Assembly: GCA_050239825.1 (NCBI GenBank)
Contig: JBFXGO010000002.1
Location: forward strand, 817 to 64,816
From: a bacterium
GTDB taxonomy: Bacteria > Hydrothermota > 32-111
Direction of reading: 5' to 3'
Length of the DNA stretch: 64,000 bases
The notes beneath the pieces were generated by a model that saw nothing but the letters and a program-made list of their open reading frames with translations, was not told the origin of the DNA and did not search any database. Numbering within the stretch: the stretch's first letter is position 1; each line of letters opens with the position of its first letter. Shown piece by piece: positions 18,662 to 28,732 of the stretch. The position numbers and the translations under genes were made by a program.

Positions 18662-19665
18662 AGAGAGTCTTTTATTGATTTAATATAAGTCTCTTTTTCT
18701 CTCTCTGAGATGAAACTTGCATTTATTGAATTTTTCGCGAGAGTCAGAATATCTTCTTCCTTCAAATCAAGCGCATCCGAAATTGCCATATAATTTTCAT
18801 TCAGATATCCGCCAAAATATGCCGGGTCATCCGAATTGATTGTTGCGACTACTCCTGCATCGAGAAACTTCTTCAGAGGATGTTTTTTCAAATCTTTTAC
18901 TACTTGAAGCTTCAGATTTGAAAGAGGGCATAAAGTAAGAGGAATCCTTCTCTCGGAGAGTTTTTTCAAAAGAGCCTCATCCTCCGATGATGCATTCCCA
19001 TGGTCAATCCTCGACACATTCAAAAGTTCCATTGCCTCCGTAATATACTCTTTCGGACCCTCTTCACCCGCATGAGCGACCGCAAAGAATCCGTTTTTTA
19101 TGGCTTTTTGAAAGACCCCTCTGAATTTTGAAGGCGGATGTCCGATTTCGCTTGAATCTAACCCCACCGCAGTAATCCACTCTTTAAAAGGAAGCGCCTC
19201 TTCAAGGGTCCTGTATGCATCCAATTCATCCATGTGTCTTAAAAACGACATTATGATTTTCGAACTCACCGAATATCTTTTCCTTCCCTCTTCGAGTGCG
19301 TTTCTAATACCTGTAATAGCAGTTTTAAATTTTACTCCGCGCGACATGTGGGTCTGAGGGTCAAAGAATATTTCCGCGTGGACTATCTTCTCTTGCTTTG
19401 CTTTTGAAATGTAGGCAATTGTGAGGTCATAAAAATCCTCCTCATTTATCAATACACCGGCCCCCTCATAGTATATATCAAGAAACTCTTGCAGGTTTTT
19501 GAATTCATACGCTTTTTTTATTTCATCAACTGTTTTGAATTTCAATTGAATCTTGTTTCTTTTAGCAAGATTGAACATCATATCAGCTTCAAGGGACCCC
19601 TCTATATGCAGATGAAGCTCCGCCTTTGGCATTTTCCGTATCAGATTGTTTTCACTTATTCCCAT
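18658..19665 (-). CDS. add: Adenosine deaminase
   Basis: MPKAELHLHIEGSL (metal-binding HxH) and INSDDPAYFGG (SDDP signature). Confidence 0.9.
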   Translation of the reverse strand: MGISENNLIRKMPKAELHLHIEGSLEADMMFNLAKRNKIQLKFKTVDEIKKAYEFKNLQEFLDIYYEGAGVLINEEDFYDLTIAYISKAKQEKIVHAEIFFDPQTHMSRGVKFKTAITGIRNALEEGRKRYSVSSKIIMSFLRHMDELDAYRTLEEALPFKEWITAVGLDSSEIGHPPSKFRGVFQKAIKNGFFAVAHAGEEGPKEYITEAMELLNVSRIDHGNASSEDEALLKKLSERRIPLTLCPLSNLKLQVVKDLKKHPLKKFLDAGVVATINSDDPAYFGGYLNENYMAISDALDLKEEDILTLAKNSINASFISEREKETYIKSIKDSL

Positions 19666-19725
19666 TATTGTTATTATATGTAAGATTCAAGTAATTTCAA
19701 TCACAATCTCTTCATTTTCTTAAAC

Positions 19726-19754
19726 TTGACAATAATCGTCAGATGTGGTATTCT
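19726..19754 (+). promoter_or_regulatory. Sigma70-type promoter. TTGACA, 17 nt, TATTCT. Upstream of the lipoprotein gene.
   Basis: Hexamers at 19726-19731 and 19749-19754. GGAGG SD and ATG at 19775 follow. Confidence 0.5.
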
Positions 19755-19774
19755 AAAAAGAAAAAGGAGGATTC

Positions 19775-20740
19775 ATGAAAAAAACGCTCGTACTCTTTTT
19801 GACCGCGATGCTTTTGTTGAGTTCCTGCTCTCTCATAGGATTCAACACGATAAAGATCACAATTCCGTCAGAGTATCTTGCTGAAATAGACAAACTAATT
19901 GTTTCAATAGCAAATGGCGACAATGTGACGGAGAAGGAGATTGAAGAGTTGTCCGAAGAGATATCCTTTACGCACATGGGATTTATAGATGTTGTAATGG
20001 CTTATGCATACAATGCGCAGGGAATACTTATTTTCACAGGAAAGGGCGGAAACGGAGATTTGGACATAGAGCTTGATTATGTCGGAGCAAATGCCGCTTC
20101 GCACATTGTGATATTTCAGGACGGACTTCCGTGGAGCACAACTTCAATGGAAGACATGCTCATTTCAGAGGGATTTTCCACAGGAGAGGGTGAAAATCAG
20201 TATGAGTTTATAACTTCTGATAAAATTGAAGATTTCAATCTCAATCCCTATGAAGACCTTCTTATAATAGCAAATGACCAGTCACAGACATTTTATAATG
20301 TGATTGGAGAAAACAATGACAAGATAAATGATTTTATAAATGCGGGCGGAACAATACTGTGGGAAGTGTGTGACAACGGATGGGCAATGGGAGACATAAA
20401 AACCGCAGGCATAGTGCTTCCTGCTGAAGTCGAGATAAATCTCCTTTATGAATATTACAATACGATTATGCAGCCTGAACACAAAATGTTTGACGGTATT
20501 ACTCTGACGGAGCTCTACAACTACTACGCAAGCCATGAGTATTTCACAAACCTTCCGGCATCCGCAAACATACTGATGAACGGGTCTGATTCTGATGAAC
20601 CGACTCTTGTTGTCTATCCTTACGGAGCAGGAATTGTCTTCATGACCGGACAGCCGCTTGAACATGCGTATGTGTACGAATCAGAATCAATGGGACTTAT
20701 TCTTCCCAGACTCGTAAAGCTTGTTTTAGGAAAACTGTAA
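19775..20740 (+). CDS. Hypothetical lipoprotein. Member of a local paralogous secreted-protein family.
   Basis: Lipobox LLLSSCS. Shares GGTILWEVCDNGW-type segments with 20856-22210 and 28733-31015. Confidence 0.55.
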   Translation: MKKTLVLFLTAMLLLSSCSLIGFNTIKITIPSEYLAEIDKLIVSIANGDNVTEKEIEELSEEISFTHMGFIDVVMAYAYNAQGILIFTGKGGNGDLDIELDYVGANAASHIVIFQDGLPWSTTSMEDMLISEGFSTGEGENQYEFITSDKIEDFNLNPYEDLLIIANDQSQTFYNVIGENNDKINDFINAGGTILWEVCDNGWAMGDIKTAGIVLPAEVEINLLYEYYNTIMQPEHKMFDGITLTELYNYYASHEYFTNLPASANILMNGSDSDEPTLVVYPYGAGIVFMTGQPLEHAYVYESESMGLILPRLVKLVLGKL

Positions 20741-20768
20741 ATCCTTATAGCATAAATGCAAATTTATC

Positions 20769-20797
20769 CGGGCGTCTTTTGACGCCCGTTTTTTTTA
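20769..20797 (+). terminator. Rho-independent terminator
   Basis: CGGGCGTC-TTTTG-GACGCCCG followed by T8. Confidence 0.7.
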
Positions 20798-20855
20798 TTT
20801 CACTGTTAACAAAAAGAGCTGTCAGTGTTATCATATAGGTATATTGGAGGTATTA

Positions 20856-22210
20856 TGAAAAAGTTAATTCTTTTGGTATTGGTATTTTCTGCTCTGCCCA
20901 GAGTTTTTACAAAATGAGAATACTTTTGTATGACGGGGATAAAGGCAGAACATTTACGAACCCAGACAATCAGAATAAAATTGGATATGAATATAATTTT
21001 GAAAAGGCATTTAATTATCTTGGTTTTAAAACTGATTCAACCCTTATCAAATCCACTATACTTCCGACATCAATAGCAGGTTATATGCAGTTTGCGGCAG
21101 TATTTTTAGTAATGGGCAACGGAAGCCCCGACATAAAACCTGTTGATATTCAGCTGATGAAGGCATATCTTGATTCCGGAGGATGAATTTTCAATGAGGG
21201 AAACAATGTGCCGTATTACCTCTATCAAACGGATCAGGCATTCTTGGAAAATTATTTCAACAATTCATGCCTTGACAAGTCTCATACTGTTCTGTATCTC
21301 GGAGAGGGGAAGTGGGACCAACATCTTAATCGGCCTTTTCATGACCTATGACTGAAAGGTCTTGTCCACTTCCCTCCGCCATTTATATCTTATGCCTTCT
21401 CTTTTTACTTTGCAATACTATGTGTTTTTAGCATACGATGACACTTTGAGATTTGCTTTAAGCAACCTCGGGATTGATTATGTAAGAAAAACAGTTTTGG
21501 CCAATGCAAGCCGACCTTCATGGATAGAGCTGATGAAATACAATTATGTAATTTGGTTTACCGGCGTCGATACTGCATTAACCCTTACTTCGACGGACAC
21601 AACAAATCTTTCTGTTTATCTTTCGTATGGAGGAAATTTCATTCTTTCCGGAGAGAATATTGCTCAGGATATCTGCGTTCAGGGAGAACAGTCAAACATT
21701 CTTGATGAAAACAGATTCATCTCTCTGCGCCTTCGAATCGATTATCTCGGAAGCACTCTTGATTCAAGAGTATATTATGCAAATGCGGATGGTTATTTTC
21801 ATGGACATTCCGGAACAAAAGTGCGATCCCTCTATGCGGCAACAGTAGGTTCAAATGTTGACAATATCAAGCCATACTTAAGAGGAACTCATGTTGATTC
21901 AACTTACTATTTCATATCAACAAAAACAAAAGCCAATAATCTTGTGGCACTCTCTCATCAGGGAATAATGCACAGAACTCTTTTTTTCGGATACTGCATA
22001 GAAAAACTTTATTACTCGGATATATCCTCAATTCTTTTCTATACATACCTCCAATACTTCACTTCAAATCTCTGGTTTAACCCTCTTGAGTGGGACGGCA
22101 CATCAGATACGAAGGAAAAAAACACGGTAATTTCGCAAAACCTGCGGCGGTTTCGCCGGCGGCTGTCTATTTCGAAAGAAACCTTTATATCAGCGGAATA
22201 TATTTCATAA
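20856..22210 (+). pseudogene. Frameshifted, degraded paralog of the secreted protein family. The signal peptide is in one frame and the body is split over at least three ORFs.
   Basis: MKKLILLVLVFSALPRVF (signal) ends at TGA after 19 codons. The body continues in other frames (20914-21186, 21170-21355, 21362-22210). Confidence 0.45.
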
Positions 22211-22320
22211 GAGGAAAAATTGAAGGTAAAGATTATTCAAAGAGAATTCTTGTAATTTAATATTTTTTTATATTAGTTCTTGTTGAATTCTTTTATGTTT
22301 TGTGTTATCATTTCTTAATT

Positions 22321-24285
22321 ATGAGGAATTTCATACTTTTCATTTGTCTGACATTCTTCCTATCTCTTAATGCAGAGAGATACATGGTTGAATTCAAAGA
22401 TTATTTGCCCGAAAGAAAAGAGTATGGATTCATCAAGGCAAATTCCAAATATAATTTTATAGTTATAGATTCAGATTATGAAAAAATCAAGGCGTCATAT
22501 CCCGATGCTGTAAAAATCTACAAAGAACCCAAGCTTTATGCTTTGTACACTCCCAACGACACATATTTTTCATACCAGTGGTCTCTCTGGGAAGAACATT
22601 ACAATGTTTCATACCTTCTTGACAGGGGCATCCTCGGAAATTCGACAGTTATTATCGGAGTGCTCGATACCGGTGTTTCATTTGAAAACTATCCCATTCC
22701 GGCGAACGAACAGGGGCTTGTCATCTCTGCGACAAACGAGTATGAGATGTACTCTGACTTTGAAGGAATCAATTTCGTGCAGGGTTATGATTTTGTATCG
22801 GACGATGCGCATCCCAATGACATGAACGGACACGGAACGGCTGTCACAAACGTCATCGCCTCAACCATAAACAATTCCCTTGCAACTTCGGGAATAATTT
22901 TCAATGCATCAATAATGCCTCTTAGGGTGCTTGATGAAACAGGAGCCGGAAATCTCACAGACATACTCGATGCGATAGAATACGGAGTTGCAAACGGATG
23001 CAAGGTTCTCAATCTCTCATTAGGAGGAGAACCGGGCGATTCAAACGGATGGGACATACTCCACTCTGCGATAATTGATGCGAGAAACAGCAATGTTATG
23101 GTTCTCGCGGCGGCAGGAAATGACGGAGTCTCAATGCTCTCATACCCTGCAGGATTTGAAGAGGCAATATCTGTCGGAGCAGTGGATTATTTTTTTGAAA
23201 GAACCCCCTATTCACAGTACGGAACAAACCTTGACTTCATGGCTCCGGGAGGATATGTCTATCAGGATATAAACGGAGACGGAGAGGATGAGGGCGGAAT
23301 ACTCTGCCCCATGCCGGAGCAGACAGAGGATGGGGTAAATGTAAATGATTTTTATCTTTACTTTGTCGAGGGAACCTCATTTTCGACACCGCATCTCAGC
23401 GCTCTTGCGGCTTTAATGTACTCTTTGGGATATTCCACTGTTGATGAGATAGTCAACCTTATGATAGACGGCTCAATAGACCTTGGAACGGCAAATTATG
23501 ATAATGAATACGGCTGGGGTTACCCAAAACCCGAATCTCTATTTTCACAGCCTGTTGCAATCAAGACAATAGATTTTGATGTTGCATCCGACATACTCTT
23601 CTTTTCAATGATTGTTTTGAATGACACATTCATGCTTGATTCGATAAACCTCTCATCCCTGCTTGTAAATGAAAAACTCAACTTCATTAGAGAGGGAAGT
23701 CTGATAATGGCGGAGTTCTCCTCTTCAAAATCAGGAATATACTCGGTAACCGCATTTGGCAGGAAGAATGGAGAAGCCTACAAATTCAAAAGAGATTTCG
23801 CTTTAAAGGCAATCACCGACCCTTCAAATGTTGTTTATCACGGAACCATAAAGATGTTTTCTGATTCACCCTTTGTTTTGTTCTTTGATGAAGGAAAAAT
23901 AATCTCTTCTTCACACAATTCTTCAATAACCTTAACAATTCCTGCAGAAGATGCCGCCAGAAAAGAGGTTTTCTGCGGAGATATCTCGGTTCCTGCAAAA
24001 AGATATTCCGACAGAATAGAGTTTTCAATCTCTAAAAAAGGAACATACAGAATTTCCTCACTCTCTTCAAATGCGCACGCTCTTGATGATTCATTCTCAA
24101 AAAAGAGTTTGCTTCTTAAAACAAGCATTCTCAACCTTGAAGGGAAAGAAGGGATGCTCTTCGACAAAAGCGGAAGACTCCTCAAAGAATCTATCAAATC
24201 GCACATTTCATTTGAAGGCCTGCCATCAGGCATATATTTTATTGAATCAGAGAGAATGTTATGGAAAATAATAAAATTGTTTTAA
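22321..24285 (+). CDS. Secreted subtilisin-like serine protease (S8 family) with C-terminal beta-rich extension
   Basis: Catalytic triad motifs VIIGVLDTGV (Asp), NGHGTAVTNVIAS (His), GTSFSTPHLSALAAL (Ser). Signal peptide MRNFILFICLTFFLSLNA. Confidence 0.9.
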   Translation: MRNFILFICLTFFLSLNAERYMVEFKDYLPERKEYGFIKANSKYNFIVIDSDYEKIKASYPDAVKIYKEPKLYALYTPNDTYFSYQWSLWEEHYNVSYLLDRGILGNSTVIIGVLDTGVSFENYPIPANEQGLVISATNEYEMYSDFEGINFVQGYDFVSDDAHPNDMNGHGTAVTNVIASTINNSLATSGIIFNASIMPLRVLDETGAGNLTDILDAIEYGVANGCKVLNLSLGGEPGDSNGWDILHSAIIDARNSNVMVLAAAGNDGVSMLSYPAGFEEAISVGAVDYFFERTPYSQYGTNLDFMAPGGYVYQDINGDGEDEGGILCPMPEQTEDGVNVNDFYLYFVEGTSFSTPHLSALAALMYSLGYSTVDEIVNLMIDGSIDLGTANYDNEYGWGYPKPESLFSQPVAIKTIDFDVASDILFFSMIVLNDTFMLDSINLSSLLVNEKLNFIREGSLIMAEFSSSKSGIYSVTAFGRKNGEAYKFKRDFALKAITDPSNVVYHGTIKMFSDSPFVLFFDEGKIISSSHNSSITLTIPAEDAARKEVFCGDISVPAKRYSDRIEFSISKKGTYRISSLSSNAHALDDSFSKKSLLLKTSILNLEGKEGMLFDKSGRLLKESIKSHISFEGLPSGIYFIESERMLWKIIKLF

Positions 24286-24821
24286 CAACCCTCTTAGTCC
24301 TGTCTTTAATGGCATGTTCCATTCTTGACCCTCTTTCAGAGGACGGATGGACATACCTTAAGCAAGAGAATTTCTCAAAGGCGCATGCAAAATTTTTGCA
24401 GGATTTTTCATCATTTCCTGATTCGCTCGACATAGTCGGAGGATTATCCTACACATTCTTTGCCTTCGGAGAGAGGGATTCGGCGAAATACTATCTCGAC
24501 CTTTCAAGAGAGATTGAAACAGACAACAATATCTCTCTTTTTGTTTCTACAATGTATTTCAGGGATGAACCCGAGAGCGCATCCGGCAGATATAGAACAT
24601 TTGTTTCAAAATACTCTTCATTTCCTCTTTATGCAGTAAGAGATGTTGTCAAGTCAAATACCATTCACAAGCTCGGACTTTCAATTGAAATCCAACGGGA
24701 CAGTTTTGACTATGCATATTCGATTCTTAAAAGGATAACCTCTATCGACGATTCCCTCGATATGAATTCTGATGAGGACAGGTTTTTGATAATAGAATAT
24801 ATAAACTCACTGGAGGAGTGA
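24261..24821 (+). CDS. Hypothetical lipoprotein
   Basis: Lipobox LSLMACS. No recognisable catalytic motif. Confidence 0.45.
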   Translation: MENNKIVLTTLLVLSLMACSILDPLSEDGWTYLKQENFSKAHAKFLQDFSSFPDSLDIVGGLSYTFFAFGERDSAKYYLDLSREIETDNNISLFVSTMYFRDEPESASGRYRTFVSKYSSFPLYAVRDVVKSNTIHKLGLSIEIQRDSFDYAYSILKRITSIDDSLDMNSDEDRFLIIEYINSLEE

Positions 24822-25279
24822 TGCAGGAAAAAATTGCGATAATAATGGGTTCGGATTCCGACAGAGAAGTAATGAGCTCTGCGGAAAGCACCCTTAAAGA
24901 GTTCGAAATAGAATTTGATGTATTGGTTATGTCTGCCCACAGAAATCCAAACAAAGTGCGGGATTTTGCCATGAAGGCAAGAGAGAACGGCTATGCGGCT
25001 ATTATCTGCGGAGCCGGCTATTCGGCGCATCTTGCGGGAGTTGTTGCATCTCACACGACACTTCCGGTTCTTGCAGTGCCGATTGACTCATCTCCTCTTA
25101 AAGGAGTCGATTCCCTCTACTCATCCGTAATGATGCCGTCAGGAATACCGGTCGCAGTATTCACAATAGGAAAGGCTGGAGCAAAGAATGCCGCCATATT
25201 TGCGGTGGAACTGCTCTCTGTCAATTCACCGGATATGGAATCAAAATTAAAGAAGATGAGAGATGGCTGGAACAGGTAA
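24818..25279 (+). CDS. purE: N5-carboxyaminoimidazole ribonucleotide mutase
   Basis: IAIIMGSDSD and GAGYSAHLAGVVASHTTLPVLAVP are PurE signatures. Confidence 0.9.
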   Translation: MMQEKIAIIMGSDSDREVMSSAESTLKEFEIEFDVLVMSAHRNPNKVRDFAMKARENGYAAIICGAGYSAHLAGVVASHTTLPVLAVPIDSSPLKGVDSLYSSVMMPSGIPVAVFTIGKAGAKNAAIFAVELLSVNSPDMESKLKKMRDGWNR

Positions 25280-25862
25280 TATACAAAAGACTGTAGATCT
25301 TTTAAATAAGGGCGGTGTGATTGCATTTTCAACAGATACTGTAAATGGAATGGCGGCTCTCTATGACAATGAGGATGCGATAAACTCTATCTTCCGAATG
25401 AAGAAAAGATGCAAAGACAAACCCTTTGCACTCTTCTTCAGCTCAAAAGAGAGTGTTTTGAAATACTTCCACAACTCTAAGCTACTTAAAATGGTCATTG
25501 ATGAATTTTTGCCGGGACCTCTTACAGTAATTTCAAAACCAAAGAGAAGAGTCAACAAACTTCTATTGAAAGACGGTTTTGCATCATTCAGAATTCCCGA
25601 GAAGAAGGATGTTCTCCTTCTTCTTGAACTCTTAAAGAAACCTCTTGCGGTCACATCTCTGAATGTCTCAGGCGAAAGAGTTTTAACATCAGAATATGGT
25701 GTTGAAAAGGTCTTTGACTCTATAAGCATTTTCAACAAACTCAAGCCCTCCAAAACTCCGTCAACCATTGTCAAGATAAAAAACGGGAAGATAGAGATTT
25801 TGAGGGAGGGCGCAATAAGCAAAGCTGTTTTTTTTGAAAGAATAAATAAACATTTGAAATAA
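25263..25862 (+). CDS. tsaC: L-threonylcarbamoyladenylate synthase (YrdC/Sua5 domain only)
   Basis: GGVIAFSTDTVNGMAAL matches the YrdC family core. Length (199 aa) fits the TsaC type. Confidence 0.8.
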   Translation: MAGTGNIQKTVDLLNKGGVIAFSTDTVNGMAALYDNEDAINSIFRMKKRCKDKPFALFFSSKESVLKYFHNSKLLKMVIDEFLPGPLTVISKPKRRVNKLLLKDGFASFRIPEKKDVLLLLELLKKPLAVTSLNVSGERVLTSEYGVEKVFDSISIFNKLKPSKTPSTIVKIKNGKIEILREGAISKAVFFERINKHLK

Positions 25863-25871
25863 GGAGATTCT

Positions 25872-27212
25872 ATGCTGACCAAAAGCAAGATTCATCAGTT
25901 TACTGACAGGGTCATAAAGGCGTCAGACGCTGACATGACCACAGTCTCCATAGCCGGAGAGAGGGAGGCTTTGACCAGATTTTCAAACAATGAAATAACG
26001 CAGAATGTCGATTCCCTCAGATACACATTCACCATCAGATGCGTTTACAAAGATAAAGTCGGAGTGGTGTCGGGAACATCTCTTGAATCAAAGAATATTA
26101 AGAAATTTCTTGAAAATGCAAAACAGATTGCATTGAACCAAAAAACCGGCAAGAAGGTTTACCCTCTGTTGCCGCCTCAGCAATACACTGCAACAAAGGG
26201 CTATGATAAGACAATGGAGGATGTCAGTCCTCAGGCGAAGGCAGACCTTGTCAAATCGGCAGTGAAGCTATGCGCAAAGGAGAAGATGTCGGCGGCAGGA
26301 ATAATGTCAAACTCCATAGTGGTTTATGCAGTTGCTAATTCCGCAGGGCTCTTTGCCATGCATGAAAATTCAAATGCCACATTCTCAATTACAGCACAGA
26401 CAAAAAATTCATCAGGATGGTCTGAGGATTCACAGACAAGCATTAAAAAACTGAATGTTATTCATGATGCGGAAATTGCAGTAAAAAAGGCGAAGCTGTC
26501 AAAAAATCCTCAATCTCTCGAGGCAGGCAAATATACGGTCATTCTTGAACCATCTGCAGTTGCCGATATTCTTTCGTTTCTCTCCTATACTGTCTTTAAT
26601 GGTTTAAGATATGCCGAGGGACGCACATGTTTATCCGGAAAGATGGGTGAGCGCGTTGCAGATGCTAAGATAAATCTCTACGATGATCCTTTTATAGACG
26701 GCATAGGCGGAATCCCATTTGATATGGAGGGTTATCCGCGCAAAAAACTCGCCCTTATAAAAAACGGCGTATTTCATGAAATTCCCACAGACAGAAAGGT
26801 AGGCGAGATGCTAAAGATGGAAAATAACGGACACTCTTTGGGAGCCGATGACGAGTATGGGCCTCTTCCTCTGAACCTTCATCTTGAAACTGGGAAATCA
26901 TCGGTTGAAGATATGATTAAATCGACAAAAAAGGGAATTCTCGTCACGCAGTTTCATTATGTGAACATACTCGATCCTATGAAAACCATCATAACCGGAA
27001 TGACAAGAAACGGAATATTTCTTGTGGAGAATGGAAGAGTGAAGAATGGTTTGAAGAATTTGAGATTCACACAGTCTATAATGGACGCACTTATGAATAC
27101 GGAGATGATCGGCAACAGAGCCATTGTACAGAATGGTGGATTCGGCGGAGGATTCTCTGTGCCGGCTATGAAGGTGAGAAACTTCCATTTCACAAGCAAA
27201 ACAGAGTTTTAG
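25872..27212 (+). CDS. pmbA: PmbA/TldE-family metalloprotease modulator
   Basis: TldD/PmbA fold. Lacks the HExxxH of TldD. Immediately upstream of tldD. Confidence 0.8.
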   Translation: MLTKSKIHQFTDRVIKASDADMTTVSIAGEREALTRFSNNEITQNVDSLRYTFTIRCVYKDKVGVVSGTSLESKNIKKFLENAKQIALNQKTGKKVYPLLPPQQYTATKGYDKTMEDVSPQAKADLVKSAVKLCAKEKMSAAGIMSNSIVVYAVANSAGLFAMHENSNATFSITAQTKNSSGWSEDSQTSIKKLNVIHDAEIAVKKAKLSKNPQSLEAGKYTVILEPSAVADILSFLSYTVFNGLRYAEGRTCLSGKMGERVADAKINLYDDPFIDGIGGIPFDMEGYPRKKLALIKNGVFHEIPTDRKVGEMLKMENNGHSLGADDEYGPLPLNLHLETGKSSVEDMIKSTKKGILVTQFHYVNILDPMKTIITGMTRNGIFLVENGRVKNGLKNLRFTQSIMDALMNTEMIGNRAIVQNGGFGGGFSVPAMKVRNFHFTSKTEF

Positions 27213-27225
27213 AGCAGGAGGAACA

Positions 27226-28674
27226 ATGTTTAAACTAGGAAATTTGGCTATAGATACCGCAAAGCACTATGGAGCAGATTATGCGGACATCAGAATAATC
27301 GAGACAAAGAATGAGGATTTAGGTGTAAGAAACGGAAAGGTGAATGCGGATTACTCGCAGACATTGGGCTTTGGAATTAGAGTTCTCTGTAAGGGCTCAT
27401 GGGGATTTGCATCAAGCGACACCCTCACAACAGAAGAGATAAAGAGAATAGCAAAACAGGCGGTTCTTATAGCAAAGGCATCAAGCACTCTTCAAACAGC
27501 AAAAGTAAGCTGGGCAAAAGAAGATTCTTACAAAGACCATTGGTTTACGCCGGCTTTGAAGAACCCTTTCAGAATACCTCTTGAAAAAAAGCTCGCTCTC
27601 ATGCTTGAAATAGACGAGGTGCTGAGAAAGAAGCCTGAAATAAAAGTATCAAATGTCGAAATGTCTTTTCAAAACACAAGAAAATGGTTTGTAAATTCAC
27701 AGGGAAGCGAAATTTTGCAGGACCTTCTTAGAAGCGGAGCGGGCTACTCCGTAACATCAGTGGGCAACAATGATATGCAGGTCCGCTCATACCCTGCATC
27801 TTTCGGAGGACAGTATTATTCAGGTGGATATGAAATAATAGAGCAGATGGAGCTTCTGCAGAATGCAGAGAGAGTCAGAGAGGAGGCAATAGCGCTTCTC
27901 ACTGCTGATGAATGTGAAGAGAAGGTCTCGGATTTGATAATCGGCGGCTCTCAAATGGTTCTTCAAATCCATGAATCAGTGGGACATGCAACAGAACTTG
28001 ACAGGGTGTTGGGTTATGAAGCCAATTATGCTGGAACATCATTTGCCACACTTGAAAAGTATAAAAAATTCAGATATGGTTCGCCTATCGTAAATCTTTT
28101 CGCTGATTCGACAATACCATTAGGACTTGCAACGCACGGATATGATGATGACGGAGTAAAAGCCCAGAGATGGGATATTGTGAAAAACGGAATTCTCTCC
28201 GGATACATGACTAACAGGGAATTGTCTCATAAGATAGGAGATTCCCGTTCAAGAGGATGCTCCCGCTCTCAGGGTTTTTCATCAATACCGATTATTAGAA
28301 TAGCAAACCTTTCTCTTGCACCGGGAGAATGGGAGCTTGATGACCTTATAAAAGACACAAAAAACGGAGTCTTCATGGATACAAACAAATCATGGTCTAT
28401 AGACCAGATGAGGCTCAACTTCCAATTCGGATGCGAAATAGGTTATGAGATAAAGAACGGAAAAATAGGAAAGATGCTGAAGAATTGCTCCTATCAGGAT
28501 ATTACCCCAAACTTCTGGGGAAAATGCGATGCAATATGCAATGAAAACCACTGGGATCTCTGGGGAGTAATAAACTGCGGAAAGGGACAGCCCGGACAGA
28601 GAGCCGAGATGTCTCACGGCTCTGCTCCCGCAAGATTCAAAAAAGTCCCCATAGGAATTGGAAACAAAAAGTAA
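27226..28674 (+). CDS. tldD: TldD-family zinc metalloprotease
   Basis: QIHESVGHATELDRV contains the TldD HExxxH motif. Glycine-rich segment. Confidence 0.9.
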   Translation: MFKLGNLAIDTAKHYGADYADIRIIETKNEDLGVRNGKVNADYSQTLGFGIRVLCKGSWGFASSDTLTTEEIKRIAKQAVLIAKASSTLQTAKVSWAKEDSYKDHWFTPALKNPFRIPLEKKLALMLEIDEVLRKKPEIKVSNVEMSFQNTRKWFVNSQGSEILQDLLRSGAGYSVTSVGNNDMQVRSYPASFGGQYYSGGYEIIEQMELLQNAERVREEAIALLTADECEEKVSDLIIGGSQMVLQIHESVGHATELDRVLGYEANYAGTSFATLEKYKKFRYGSPIVNLFADSTIPLGLATHGYDDDGVKAQRWDIVKNGILSGYMTNRELSHKIGDSRSRGCSRSQGFSSIPIIRIANLSLAPGEWELDDLIKDTKNGVFMDTNKSWSIDQMRLNFQFGCEIGYEIKNGKIGKMLKNCSYQDITPNFWGKCDAICNENHWDLWGVINCGKGQPGQRAEMSHGSAPARFKKVPIGIGNKK

Positions 28675-28689
28675 TTTAAAAAATCATAA

Positions 28690-28719
28690 AGAGGCGCGCC
28701 TCTCGCGCCTCTTTTATTT
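28690..28719 (+). terminator. Rho-independent terminator after tldD
   Basis: GAGGCGCG-CCTCT-CGCGCCTC followed by TTTTATTT. Lies inside the 5' end of the longest ORF (28658), so the real start of the next gene is the ATG at 28733. Confidence 0.7.
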
Positions 28720-28732
28720 ACAAGGAGGTTTT

